This document shows positions 9,489 to 19,382 of a stretch of DNA of 32,000 bases, piece after piece. The notes beneath the pieces are model-generated. The model was not told the origin of the DNA, ran no database searches, and saw only the letters and a list, made by a program, of their open reading frames with translations. Positions within the stretch are counted from its first letter, which is position 1; each line of letters begins with the position of its first letter. A program made the position numbers and the translations under genes. The stretch lies in assembly GCF_003072485.1 (NCBI RefSeq), contig NZ_CP025989.1, positions 60,001-92,000 on the forward strand. The letters run 5' to 3'. The DNA is from Candidatus Fokinia solitaria. GTDB taxonomy: Bacteria; Pseudomonadota; Alphaproteobacteria; Rickettsiales; Midichloriaceae.

Positions 9489-11018
9489 ATGAATCACAAA
9501 AAAGTATTTATACTTGGTTTTTCTATTACAGGATGCGCGATACTGAAGCATGTATTGTGTTATTTTTGTGATGTGACGCGTATATTCTGTGTAGATGATC
9601 TAATATCTGAAGAAGAATTTGTCGCGAGGACATCGTTAGATTGTGACGATGAGAGGATTATTTTTACAAATTCAATACAAGCCTCTCGTGTTATAGAAAA
9701 CATGAAACAGCATGAAACAAAAGATGTGATTGTTTTTTGCAGCCCAGGAATACCGATGGATAATACTTTAGTAGTGACATGTAAAGCATGTAACATTGCT
9801 TTATCATGTGATTTTGATCTGCTATATACGGCTTTACTTCGGCACGGTATCAGTTTTCATGATGGAAATGATATTGCGATATTTATTACTGGTACAGTAG
9901 GAAAATCTACCACTTCTTTTGGATTAGCATCAGAATTGAGAAAGATGGAAAATGAAAATCTTGCTGTAATACTGTCCGGGAATATTGGTATACCTGTTTT
10001 ATCGGTATATGAAAATATTATTGCAGCAAAAAGAGAAAGGAAAAGAGTAGTATGTATCTTTGAATTATCTTCCGCACAACTTGAGCTATTGAATGAATTT
10101 AGTCCAACAATCAGTATTTGTCTTACAGTTTGTGTAGATCATTTAGATCGGTATAACTCGATAGAAGAGTATCTATATTATAAAAGTAAGATATTTTGCC
10201 ATCGAAAGCATGAACCAATCTATAATGTATTGTGTATAGATTCAGAATACTCTCAGCATATTCTAGATAACGTCAGAAAATTCCATAATCTTGAGAGTAC
10301 TGCCGTAAGCTATGTAGATAGAGCGAATGAGTGGTACGCGCTTGGTGCAGTGTGTGAAAAAAGAGAGTTTATACCATTTTCCACGAGAGATATTGCCAAT
10401 GGAGTCAGCTTTTCTGAGGGAGTATTAAGTATGAGATATAAGGAGAAAAACCGCTGCGCATTTCAAATTGAATCAACGGCCGCCATACCGAAAGAAAATA
10501 TTGGCGTTATAGCGCTTCTGACATTTCTGATTACTAATACACCTCCTACTGCACAGATAGATTTGCAAACTTTGCCGCATTGCTTGGAGCAATGTTATCC
10601 CAAGAGTAAGAAATATGAAGTGGTAAAGTTTATCAATAATAGCAAAGCCACAAAGCAAGCCGCAGTGGAATATTCGTTATCTTTGTATAAGAATGTATTG
10701 TTAATTGTAGGAGGAAAATCTAAGGGAGAGAAATTAATCGAAATTCTTACGAAATTTCACAATATTAAGGCAATTTTCCTAATAGGAGAAACTACTGATA
10801 GATTTGCGTATGAAATAGAAATATCAAATGCGTCATTGCAGTATTACAGATGCTACACATTAGATATAGCAATGAGGAGTATAAAGAATGTTCTTGACGA
10901 AGGTATTGCGCAACCTTATACCGTGCTACTATCGCCGATGTGCAGTTCACTCGATCAATGGAAGAACTTTCAAGAAAGAGGTACTTTTTTCAAAAATTTC
11001 ATAATTGATCATTATTGA
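9489..11018 (+). CDS. murD: UDP-N-acetylmuramoylalanine--D-glutamate ligase (divergent)
   Basis: Mur ligase architecture: VFCSPGIPMDNTL, ITGTVGKSTTSFGLA, VILSGNIGIPVLS, VFELSSAQLELL-like segment, DHLDRYNSIEEYLYYKSKIF, INNSKATKQAA, LLIVGGKSKGEKL, VLLSPMCSSLDQWKNFQERGTFF. Confidence 0.9.
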   Translation: MNHKKVFILGFSITGCAILKHVLCYFCDVTRIFCVDDLISEEEFVARTSLDCDDERIIFTNSIQASRVIENMKQHETKDVIVFCSPGIPMDNTLVVTCKACNIALSCDFDLLYTALLRHGISFHDGNDIAIFITGTVGKSTTSFGLASELRKMENENLAVILSGNIGIPVLSVYENIIAAKRERKRVVCIFELSSAQLELLNEFSPTISICLTVCVDHLDRYNSIEEYLYYKSKIFCHRKHEPIYNVLCIDSEYSQHILDNVRKFHNLESTAVSYVDRANEWYALGAVCEKREFIPFSTRDIANGVSFSEGVLSMRYKEKNRCAFQIESTAAIPKENIGVIALLTFLITNTPPTAQIDLQTLPHCLEQCYPKSKKYEVVKFINNSKATKQAAVEYSLSLYKNVLLIVGGKSKGEKLIEILTKFHNIKAIFLIGETTDRFAYEIEISNASLQYYRCYTLDIAMRSIKNVLDEGIAQPYTVLLSPMCSSLDQWKNFQERGTFFKNFIIDHY

Positions 11019-11065
11019 TTTATGCACTAGAATCAAAAACAGATGGTGCGATTGCCTCATGAAGT

Positions 11066-11827
11066 GTGATTTCTTATCGTTTACTGCTGTGTACACTGTT
11101 TGTTCTCGTAGCGTGGTGCACTGCTGCTGCTGAGGTACAGAATGATAAGTTTATATTTTCAATATATGGCGCTGCTTCTAATAGTACTGCAGTCGACGTG
11201 ACTTATACTAAGGATAGCGCCGCAAAGTTTTCTAATATTTCTTCCGGATTATCTCCACGTATTGGTGTGCAGATTGGAGGCCTTCTTTGTAAGAGAGGTC
11301 ATATTGGTATTGATGCATCATATGCACGTAGTCTCTATGCTAATTCTGAATTTTCGATATCTCAGAACTCGATCGCGATAGCAGGGTATGGTACAGGTTA
11401 TTTTCCTCTAAAGAGTGAGTACTATCTCCTATTAGGTGGTTTTTACGGTTTTGAATATAGTATTTTCGAGCAGCAGGATAATGGCTTTTGGAATGATACA
11501 ATTGCTTTGCAATTCGGAGGAGGAAAAACATTTAATAAGATAAGAATAGAATTTTTTATCAATGCTAGAGGTATAAGTTACGACAATGTGGTATTTATAC
11601 CGCAGAAGTTGAATAATAATTTGGCTCAAGACAGTATTGTGATGCCAGAATCAGCGGCACGTGTAAGTGATATCACAAAGTATGATGCAAGTACAAATGT
11701 CGTTCACAATAAACCAACTTTATATCTGTTACTCAATCAAGAAGAGACAAAGAACACTAGTATCACCGATTTACGTCCAAGTAATAGTGCGATAGAATAC
11801 GGATTGCGTCTAAGCACTACTTTTTGA
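11066..11827 (+). CDS. Putative outer membrane beta-barrel protein
   Basis: GTG start, signal-like N-terminus (VISYRLLLCTLFVLVAWCTAAAEV), amphipathic barrel-like strands, terminal aromatic residue (EYGLRLSTTF). Confidence 0.65.
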   Translation: MISYRLLLCTLFVLVAWCTAAAEVQNDKFIFSIYGAASNSTAVDVTYTKDSAAKFSNISSGLSPRIGVQIGGLLCKRGHIGIDASYARSLYANSEFSISQNSIAIAGYGTGYFPLKSEYYLLLGGFYGFEYSIFEQQDNGFWNDTIALQFGGGKTFNKIRIEFFINARGISYDNVVFIPQKLNNNLAQDSIVMPESAARVSDITKYDASTNVVHNKPTLYLLLNQEETKNTSITDLRPSNSAIEYGLRLSTTF

Positions 11828-11831
11828 TTGT

Positions 11832-12242
11832 ATGAAATTTCAGCGTATTTTCTCTAACAAGTATGGAAAATTCGGAGAGGAACTTGTGAGTGAAATGTTG
11901 TCAAAAAAGAATCATATGAGGATTGCGAGCAGATATAAGACTCCCTACGGAGAGATCGATATTATCACTGCGTATGGTGAAAATTTAGTTTTCAGCGAGG
12001 TAAAAGCACGCAATTTTCATAAAAGTGCGTTCAATGTATGTGATCGTGCAATTACTAATCACATATCATTTGATGAATTTGAAAAGATTTTTTCTGAAAG
12101 GCAAATGCAGAGGATAATAAATGCGGCAAGTTTCTTTAACGCTGAAAATCAACAATTTTCGAACTATAATCAGAGATTTGACTTATATATCATAAGAGGA
12201 AAAGAAATAATTGAGTACTTTGAAAATATATCAATGCGATAA
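11832..12242 (+). CDS. YraN family (UPF0102) endonuclease-like protein
   Basis: GKFGEELVSEMLSKKNHMRIASRYKTPYGEIDIITAYGENLVFSEVKARN, the conserved GEIDII...FxEVK core. Confidence 0.88.
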   Translation: MKFQRIFSNKYGKFGEELVSEMLSKKNHMRIASRYKTPYGEIDIITAYGENLVFSEVKARNFHKSAFNVCDRAITNHISFDEFEKIFSERQMQRIINAASFFNAENQQFSNYNQRFDLYIIRGKEIIEYFENISMR

Positions 12243-12247
12243 CTTCT

Positions 12248-12460
12248 TTACTTGAGCGAGTCATAAATAATGCTTCCCCTATAATATGTGGATTTAGGAG
12301 TGTCGTTTCTCGTTTCATTGACTGTTAGAGACTCACATTTTAGACGCGAGCTGATAACATGGTCTCCATCTCCACGAGAGAGAATACTCCAAGATCTATA
12401 TGTAAAAAGGCAAAATACTATGACAGAAGCTAGTAAAATTGCCTTTCTTAGATAAAACAT
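12248..12460 (-). CDS. Small hypothetical membrane-anchored protein
   Basis: 70-aa ORF with one hydrophobic N-terminal segment (AILLASVIVFCLF), 5 nt from the end of htpG on the same strand; no recognised family. Confidence 0.3.
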   Translation of the reverse strand: MFYLRKAILLASVIVFCLFTYRSWSILSRGDGDHVISSRLKCESLTVNETRNDTPKSTYYRGSIIYDSLK

Positions 12461-12465
12461 ATGAT

Positions 12466-14349
12466 TTATTTAAACATGTTATCTAACATTGTTTCGTATA
12501 AAAATTTCGTAAATTTATGCGGAGTTTGTATTGGCTCATCTTGCATCAAGCATGCGCATGTAAATAGTGCTTCAATCATATCATTAAGCTTTTCAACATT
12601 CTCATTTCTTTTCAATCTTATTACCATTTCATCTATTAATGGATGCGATTGATTGATTTCTAATACCTTTGTAGATCGTTTTGATAATTGCCCTTGTTCA
12701 ATTAAAAGCTTCTCTACTTTAGAATTCATTCCTCCTTTTGGAATAGATAGACATACTGGACTTTCTTCTAGTTTTTGCGATATCACAACGTCTTTCACTC
12801 TTTCTTTCAATACCTCCTTCATGTGATCTGCTAATTTTTGCACATCTACTTTAGCTTCGAGATGTTCTTTAGTAGTGTCATCTTGCTTATTATCGAGTGA
12901 TATATCTGCGTTCAATACCGATTGAAAATTTTTCTCTTGGTATGATGATACAACAGTTGTCCAGAAGTCATCTACAGCATTAGTTAATAGTAGCACTTCT
13001 ATATCCTTTTTCTTGAATGATTCAAGCTGCGGATTTTGCATTAATTCTTCGAGATTTTTCCCTGTGATATAGAAGATTTCCTTTTGATCCTCTTTCATAT
13101 TGCGTATGTATTCATCCAACGATATAAGCGTGTGCGGAGATTTTGTCGTATAGAATCTGCTAATTGCTAAGATAGCATTTCTTTCACTCTCTAGCATATA
13201 TTGTTCACACAAGCCTTCTTTTATTATTTCTCCAAATAAATTCCAGAATTTTTGACCTTTTTCTTCTTCCATCATCATTTTGCTGATTTCTTCTAGTGAC
13301 TTCTTAACAACAGCGCGTGATATTTTTGTGCACTCATCATTTAATTGAATCGATTCACGATTTATGTTCAACGGTAAACTTTCTGTATCTATTATACCGC
13401 ATAAGAATCTGAGATACGGAGGTATGATGCTAAGTTCGCGATCGCCGATAAAGACTCTTTTGACATACAATTTTACTCCTTTTGCTTTTCTTTCATGATC
13501 GAATAAATTAAAAGGCTTTATACTTGGTACGAATATCAGCGCTTTATATTCTACTCCGCCTTCAGCAGTCCAATGTATGGTACTCATAGGAGCATCCGGA
13601 AGGTAAGAAAGTTTTTTGTAAAATTCATTATATTCTTCTTCAGAGATTGTCTTTTTATCTCTTAGCCATAGCGCTATACCACTATTTACTGGAGTTTTTT
13701 GATCTGCGGAGACGTAGTATATTTTGAAAGGAATGTGTTCAGAGTAAGTTCTGATTATGTCTGTAAACTTGTACTCGTTTAAAGCTGCTGCTGCCTCACT
13801 TTTCAGTTTCAATCTTACTACCGTACCGTGCTTTTTAGTTTCGTCACTCTTTTCTATTGTAAATTCTTCTACTCCGTCCGACTTCCAGATAAAAGTTTCA
13901 TTACTGCCGAATTTTGTAGATATTACGGTTACTTCATCAGCTATCATAAAGCTAGCATAGAATCCTACTCCAAACTGACCAATTTGACCGTTTGCTATTT
14001 CTTTGGAATGTTCTTGTATAAACTTTTGAGTACCAGATCTCGCCACTATACCTAAATTTTGCTCCATTTCTTCCGCTGTCATACCGATACCATTATCGGA
14101 TATTTCTACAATGCCATCTTTCTCATCAAATTTAACCGTTATTTCATATTCTTCCTTTACTGAGTCGATATCTGTACTTTGTTCGCCGGATTGTAAAGTG
14201 TACCTCAATTTGTCACATGCATCTGATGCATTGGAGATCAGCTCACGAATTGCAACATAATCGCCTTGTTTTGTATAAACTGAATGTATCATCATGTGGA
14301 GAAGCTTGGTAGCTTCTGCGCCAAATTTAGATTTTTTAATTGTCGACAT
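12466..14349 (-). CDS. htpG: Molecular chaperone HtpG (Hsp90)
   Basis: YVAIRELISNASDACDKLRY, VEISDNGIGMTAEEM, GQFGVGFYASFMIADEV, KGVKLYVKRVFI, LPLNINRESIQ. Confidence 0.98.
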   Translation of the reverse strand: MSTIKKSKFGAEATKLLHMMIHSVYTKQGDYVAIRELISNASDACDKLRYTLQSGEQSTDIDSVKEEYEITVKFDEKDGIVEISDNGIGMTAEEMEQNLGIVARSGTQKFIQEHSKEIANGQIGQFGVGFYASFMIADEVTVISTKFGSNETFIWKSDGVEEFTIEKSDETKKHGTVVRLKLKSEAAAALNEYKFTDIIRTYSEHIPFKIYYVSADQKTPVNSGIALWLRDKKTISEEEYNEFYKKLSYLPDAPMSTIHWTAEGGVEYKALIFVPSIKPFNLFDHERKAKGVKLYVKRVFIGDRELSIIPPYLRFLCGIIDTESLPLNINRESIQLNDECTKISRAVVKKSLEEISKMMMEEEKGQKFWNLFGEIIKEGLCEQYMLESERNAILAISRFYTTKSPHTLISLDEYIRNMKEDQKEIFYITGKNLEELMQNPQLESFKKKDIEVLLLTNAVDDFWTTVVSSYQEKNFQSVLNADISLDNKQDDTTKEHLEAKVDVQKLADHMKEVLKERVKDVVISQKLEESPVCLSIPKGGMNSKVEKLLIEQGQLSKRSTKVLEINQSHPLIDEMVIRLKRNENVEKLNDMIEALFTCACLMQDEPIQTPHKFTKFLYETMLDNMFK

Positions 14350-14403
14350 GTTAGTGAAAAAAAACTTTCTATTTCATACCAGTAGAATATCTATGTCTAA
14401 ATC

Positions 14404-15438
14404 TTAAAAATCCAAATTTTTATCTGTAGAATGCAATAATTCTTTGAGTAGCATAAGTAAAAATGACGCTAGAGGTATTGCGAGTAGTATGCCTAATATA
14501 TTGCCGAATTTTGCGAATACGAGAACGGAAAATATAGTAATAATTGGATGTAATCCGAGTTTCGTCCCTATTACGTTTCTTAAGAAGATGAAATTTAGAA
14601 CAGAATATCCAGTGAAGAAGAGTAGTAATCCTAAGATTTTAATTCCAATTCCGAATTTAGCTATAGCGACTATAAAGATGCAAGAATACATGAGAATACC
14701 TCCGATATATGGAATATAATTAGAAATCGCTGCTACAATCGACAATTTTAATGCGCTGTCGATACCGAAAATGCAAAGCGCTGCATACGTAGCAGAGCCA
14801 TGAATAAAGGATAAAGTAGTATATAAGGAGAAATATTTTATTAAGATTCCGCGTCCGTTATCTCCGATTTTTTTGAGTAGAATAATTTTTTGCGGAGAGA
14901 ATATCTTTGATGTTAGCAATCTGTACGTATTTGCCTCTTTCATGGCGTAGTATGACGTAAACGGCACTATACAGATAAATAGTCCGAATGATATAGCATT
15001 GAGCCAGGATATCTGAAATACATCATATATAAGCTTTGTATAATGTCCTATATTGAGATTTGACATCACTTTATCAATGTACATGCCGTCCGCTGTCATG
15101 GCAGTGCTTTCAATAATTGATTTGATATCATCAAGGTACGATGTAAAATATGCATCTTTATTGCTGACTGCATTATGTATTATGCTGATACCTGCCATTA
15201 TCCCCCAGATGATTATTGCCCAGAAAAGCAGCACTATAATCGTGCTTAGTGCAGCCGATATTAGCGCTGCTATGTTTTTATTGCGCAGCCGCTTTGCTAA
15301 CGGCAAATAAAATGGAAGAGTGATGTATCCGAGTGCGCCTCCATATATGAAAGGTTTTGTTATGTCATTCATGAGACTTATGCATATAATTAACATTATA
15401 ACAATGAGATATATACTTTCTTTCTGTTTGATGCTCAT
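14404..15438 (-). CDS. AI-2E family transporter / PerM-like permease
   Basis: Polytopic membrane protein with IDSALKLSIVAAISNYIPYIGGI and VLVFAKFGNILGILLAIPLAS, the PerM/UPF0118 signature regions. Confidence 0.85.
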   Translation of the reverse strand: MSIKQKESIYLIVIMLIICISLMNDITKPFIYGGALGYITLPFYLPLAKRLRNKNIAALISAALSTIIVLLFWAIIIWGIMAGISIIHNAVSNKDAYFTSYLDDIKSIIESTAMTADGMYIDKVMSNLNIGHYTKLIYDVFQISWLNAISFGLFICIVPFTSYYAMKEANTYRLLTSKIFSPQKIILLKKIGDNGRGILIKYFSLYTTLSFIHGSATYAALCIFGIDSALKLSIVAAISNYIPYIGGILMYSCIFIVAIAKFGIGIKILGLLLFFTGYSVLNFIFLRNVIGTKLGLHPIITIFSVLVFAKFGNILGILLAIPLASFLLMLLKELLHSTDKNLDF

Positions 15439-15516
15439 ATCTTGACTTCTGAATCCTCATTTTATACCTTCAGCACGATATTAACGAGTTATCATGCATG
15501 GTTATTTATAAATAAT

Positions 15517-16242
15517 ATGAAATATTCTACTGTCATTGCCAAATGTTTTTTGTGTTGCTTTCTTGTTTTTAAAAGTGTTTTCGCTTTAGGAGTAGAGGAA
15601 TTGAGAATAGGAACAGAAGGTATGTATCCTCCATTTGAGTTCTATAAGAATGGAGAAATTACAGGATTTGACATAGAGCTAGCGAAGTTGATTGCGCAAC
15701 AACTCGAAATGAAGTGCGTATTCGTGGATATGGCTTTCAGTAGTCTCTTTCCCGCTGTAAATGTAGGAAAAATCGATATGGCAATTGCTACAATAACAGC
15801 TTCAGCAGCAAAAAGAAAAAACTTCGCATTTTCTGATTCTTATCATAAGGATGAAATAGGCATGCTGTATATCAGTGATAAAATAAGCAAAAAAGAAGAT
15901 CTATCAGGAAAGATTATAGGAGTGCAATTCGGTAGTACTGCTAATGTCGCATGGGTTAACGAGAACTGTAAAGATACAAAGATAATCTATATGGATAATA
16001 GCAATATGTTGGTAGAAGCACTGCAAGCTAAACGTCTTGACGCTGTGATTGTTGATGCGCCGCAAGCAAAGTATTTTGCTAAAAATAATAAGCTGAAATG
16101 GAAGCTTTTAGGTACTTTATCTGACGGTTATAGGATAGTAATGAAAAAGGATTCGAAATTACTTCCTAGAGTGAATGATGCATTAAAGACACTTATTAGT
16201 AGTGGAGCAGTCGATAAACTCAAGAAGAAATGGGAATTATAG
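15517..16242 (+). CDS. Amino acid ABC transporter-type periplasmic solute-binding protein
   Basis: Signal-like N-terminus, ELRIGTEGMYPPFEFYKNGEITGFDIELAKLIAQQLEMKCVFVDMAFSSLFPAVNVGKIDMAIATIT. The track uses a TTG at 15442; ATG at 15517 is more plausible. Confidence 0.88.
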   Translation: MKYSTVIAKCFLCCFLVFKSVFALGVEELRIGTEGMYPPFEFYKNGEITGFDIELAKLIAQQLEMKCVFVDMAFSSLFPAVNVGKIDMAIATITASAAKRKNFAFSDSYHKDEIGMLYISDKISKKEDLSGKIIGVQFGSTANVAWVNENCKDTKIIYMDNSNMLVEALQAKRLDAVIVDAPQAKYFAKNNKLKWKLLGTLSDGYRIVMKKDSKLLPRVNDALKTLISSGAVDKLKKKWEL

Positions 16243-16497
16243 TATTTTTCATTATCTGTATCATGTCCGTTGAGAAAAGTTTCATGAGATGATTGTCGAG
16301 TGCTTGTATCCTGTTGGATTAACTGCTTGAAAAGCACTTCAAGTTCTTATGAGAAGCGCTATAAATACTAATGCTGATATTTGCCTCTTAGAGAAAAAGA
16401 TTCAATTCACTCACTCTTCAGAGAATTAATATCATAAGAGAGGAAGGCTCATTCTGTAGAACTGACAGCTGATATCAAGCAATATTTGATAATTTAT

Positions 16498-16519
16498 TTA
16501 AGCACTTATTGGTGCTTAA
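16498..16519. repeat. Perfect intergenic inverted repeat (8-bp stem, 6-nt loop)
   Basis: TTAAGCAC-TTATTG-GTGCTTAA in the gap between the convergent solute-binding protein and ABC exporter genes. Confidence 0.5.
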
Positions 16520-16707
16520 TTCGCCAACAATCAAAATGAAATACAATACTTCACTCCCTACGCCCTGTATAAAGAAGCTTTGTTCACGGGCAAATCCTCG
16601 CTTAAATTTGTTCGATGTAAAAACGTTAAGACGTACTGCATATTCGTACTAAAGCGAATGAAATGAAGAGTGATATCGATTCACTATAGTATTCAGCTAC
16701 TGACGCA

Positions 16708-18546
16708 TCATACTTTTGATACTCCTCCTCTTGAGTAGTACATTTCCCACAAATAGGAATAATGTCCGTTCTTAGCCATTAGTTGCTCGTGTGTACCATC
16801 TTCAACAATTTTCCCTTCATTAAAAACGAGTATCCGATCTATATGCTGCAGTGTGGAAAGTTTATGCGCTATCATAATAACGGTTTTATTTTTCATTAAC
16901 ATTTTCAATGCTTCTTGAATTTTCTTATCGGTGGTAGAATCAAGTGACGATGTGCATTCGTCCATAATTAGTATTGGCGCATTTTGTATCAGCGTTCTTG
17001 CTATGCCTATTCTCTGTTTTTGCCCTCCAGAGATGGAAAATCCTTTCTCTCCGATTATTGTATCATAGCCGTTTTCCAAAGAGGTGATGAATTCATGACA
17101 TTGGCTTAATTTAGCACTTTCTTCCACTTTATCGAATGGTATGTTGTGATTACAATACGCTATGTTATCGCGAATACTTCTGTTAAATAACATCACTTCT
17201 TGCGGCATTATGCTGATTAATTGACTTAGCTCTCTAGGAGAGTACTCTTCGATTTTTTTACTTCCTATTAAAAGTTCTCCACCATGTTTCTTGTAAAATC
17301 CGATAATGAGATTTACGAAGCTTGTTTTACCACTGCCAGAAGTACCTACTAATCCTACTCTTTCTCCTTGTTTGATGACTACAGATAAATCGGAAAATAG
17401 CACTTTGCTGTCATGATACCCGAATGTGACCTTATCGAATACCAAAGTATGATCGCTTTGATGCTGATGAGATATATCATCTTCTTGAGAGAGAAATTCT
17501 TCATGAGTACTATATAAGACTACATGTTCTACTAGTACATCTTCGCGTACATTTTCCGTTACGACATTAATACTCTGTTTTGCACGTCCAGCTTCCAAAA
17601 GAGTATAAGTGATTTCATCTGCAACAAACCACATTGTACTCATTATATTCATGCTATTTTGCACGATGAAGATTACATCTCCTGTCGATATTATATCTGC
17701 TGTCCACATTTTCGCAGCTACAAAAAAGAGGAAACTTACGCTAATAATGCTGATGCTTCCTAAGCATAGTTTGACTAGTTCTATATTAATCAACGAATAT
17801 CTGCTTGCTCTCATTTCATCTCCTTGTATTTTGCTTATATATCTCATTTCATGATGTTGTTTTGAGAGAGCTCTGATTATGAAATTATTCATTATTGTAT
17901 CTAGAATAGCAGCTTGTACTCTGCTGCGTTTCTGTGATGCAGTTTGCGTTAGTCTTACGGAGCGCTTAGAAAGTACCACCATTACTACAATGTATATTGA
18001 AAGCCATGCGATAAACATGGACGATAGTATTGGATGTACGTCGAATAAAAACAGCGATGACAATATGATCGAGATGATAACGGGGATAAATAAGTTTGTT
18101 ATGTTATCAAAGATCATGTAAAGGCTGCGCGGTAAGTCATCTATCCGATAACTGAATGCATTCAATTTTTGCCTGTCAAGAAAATGTTCGTGCTCATGCT
18201 TCAGTACGCTTTTAAGGCATGATAATCTGATATCTGCTTCGAATTTTGGAATAAAATGAGATGATGTGAGACCTTTTGTTCTGCTAATTGCTTCTAGTAT
18301 GATCCAAAAACCTATACCTACACCTAAACTTTGGAAAAAAATACGCGTATCGTGTGTTTTATCAGAAATATCATTTAATATATCAACTAATTTTCCTGTG
18401 ATGTACGGTAATACGACATTGTGAGATAAATTACACAATATGCCAGTGCTTAATATAAGAAATGCACTAAGAAAATGTCGTCTGAGAAAGAACTGCAAAA
18501 ATCCGAATACGGTTTTTGGAAGTGGAATATTATTACGTGTAGTCAT
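16708..18546 (-). CDS. ABC exporter, fused permease and ATPase (MsbA/multidrug type)
   Basis: Six-TM-type N-terminus then Walker A GTSGSGKTSF, IMPQEVMLFNRSIRDNIAY Q-loop region, ISGGQKQRIGIARTL, ILIMDECTSSLD, IMIAHKLSTL. Confidence 0.93.
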   Translation of the reverse strand: MTTRNNIPLPKTVFGFLQFFLRRHFLSAFLILSTGILCNLSHNVVLPYITGKLVDILNDISDKTHDTRIFFQSLGVGIGFWIILEAISRTKGLTSSHFIPKFEADIRLSCLKSVLKHEHEHFLDRQKLNAFSYRIDDLPRSLYMIFDNITNLFIPVIISIILSSLFLFDVHPILSSMFIAWLSIYIVVMVVLSKRSVRLTQTASQKRSRVQAAILDTIMNNFIIRALSKQHHEMRYISKIQGDEMRASRYSLINIELVKLCLGSISIISVSFLFFVAAKMWTADIISTGDVIFIVQNSMNIMSTMWFVADEITYTLLEAGRAKQSINVVTENVREDVLVEHVVLYSTHEEFLSQEDDISHQHQSDHTLVFDKVTFGYHDSKVLFSDLSVVIKQGERVGLVGTSGSGKTSFVNLIIGFYKKHGGELLIGSKKIEEYSPRELSQLISIMPQEVMLFNRSIRDNIAYCNHNIPFDKVEESAKLSQCHEFITSLENGYDTIIGEKGFSISGGQKQRIGIARTLIQNAPILIMDECTSSLDSTTDKKIQEALKMLMKNKTVIMIAHKLSTLQHIDRILVFNEGKIVEDGTHEQLMAKNGHYSYLWEMYYSRGGVSKV

Positions 18547-18660
18547 TCACATACTCTACTATGTATGATCATAAAAAGCTCCTTGGATGCAGAGTGCCAA
18601 GTGTATATTATAAATTTAAACAGCGAAAGCTGAATTCTCTATAGAAATTTTGTTTCAAAT

Positions 18661-19110
18661 ATGAGTATCGAGAGCAATAACATGATATCATGCACAAAGA
18701 AGATAGAGTTTGATGCAGCACATAGAATTATTGATCACCATGGCGCGTGTAAAATGTTGCATGGACATCGTTATGTTATAGAGGTAACTTTTTCGAAATT
18801 TCTCAAGGATTTTACTAATCACGACATGGTAATCGATTTTATCATCATAAAGCAAAAATTAGATAGTTGGATAAAACAGCACTGGGATCATAATACGATA
18901 CTTTCCGAACAAGACAAAGATCTCGGTAATTCTATTGAAAAGTGCACTTCTCAGACGATTTTTTACTTGAAAAAGCAGCCTACTGCAGAAAATATGGCGA
19001 TATTCTTGATGCAAGAGATTATACCTGTGCTTTTTGACGAATATGGCGTAAAATGTACGAGATTGAGATTAAGAGAAACACCATCATCATTTGTCGAGGT
19101 ATTGATGTAA
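18661..19110 (+). CDS. queD: 6-carboxy-5,6,7,8-tetrahydropterin synthase / 6-pyruvoyl tetrahydropterin synthase family
   Basis: KKIEFDAAHRI, CKMLHGHRYVIEV, MVIDFIIIKQKLDSWI, WDHNTIL, KQPTAENMAIFLMQEI, RLRETPSSFVEV. Confidence 0.9.
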   Translation: MSIESNNMISCTKKIEFDAAHRIIDHHGACKMLHGHRYVIEVTFSKFLKDFTNHDMVIDFIIIKQKLDSWIKQHWDHNTILSEQDKDLGNSIEKCTSQTIFYLKKQPTAENMAIFLMQEIIPVLFDEYGVKCTRLRLRETPSSFVEVLM

Positions 19111-19382
19111 TAAGCTTATCCAGCTGTTCTTGTTTTTATTATTAATATTATTTGTCTTTTATTACAGCGTAGATATTGAGCCATAATTTGACATCCAATT
19201 TGCATCTAGAATTCTATTGGAAGCGATATATTGCTGGCTTTACAGCAATTACCGCAGCTGTAGGAAAGTAGATGAACTTTTTATTTTAGAGAAAGGTATA
19301 TATACTCTACCGTCGATTGAGCTCATAATTTTAATATTTTATGAAAAATCAATCGATCGTTAAATAAATAATATATAATCCT

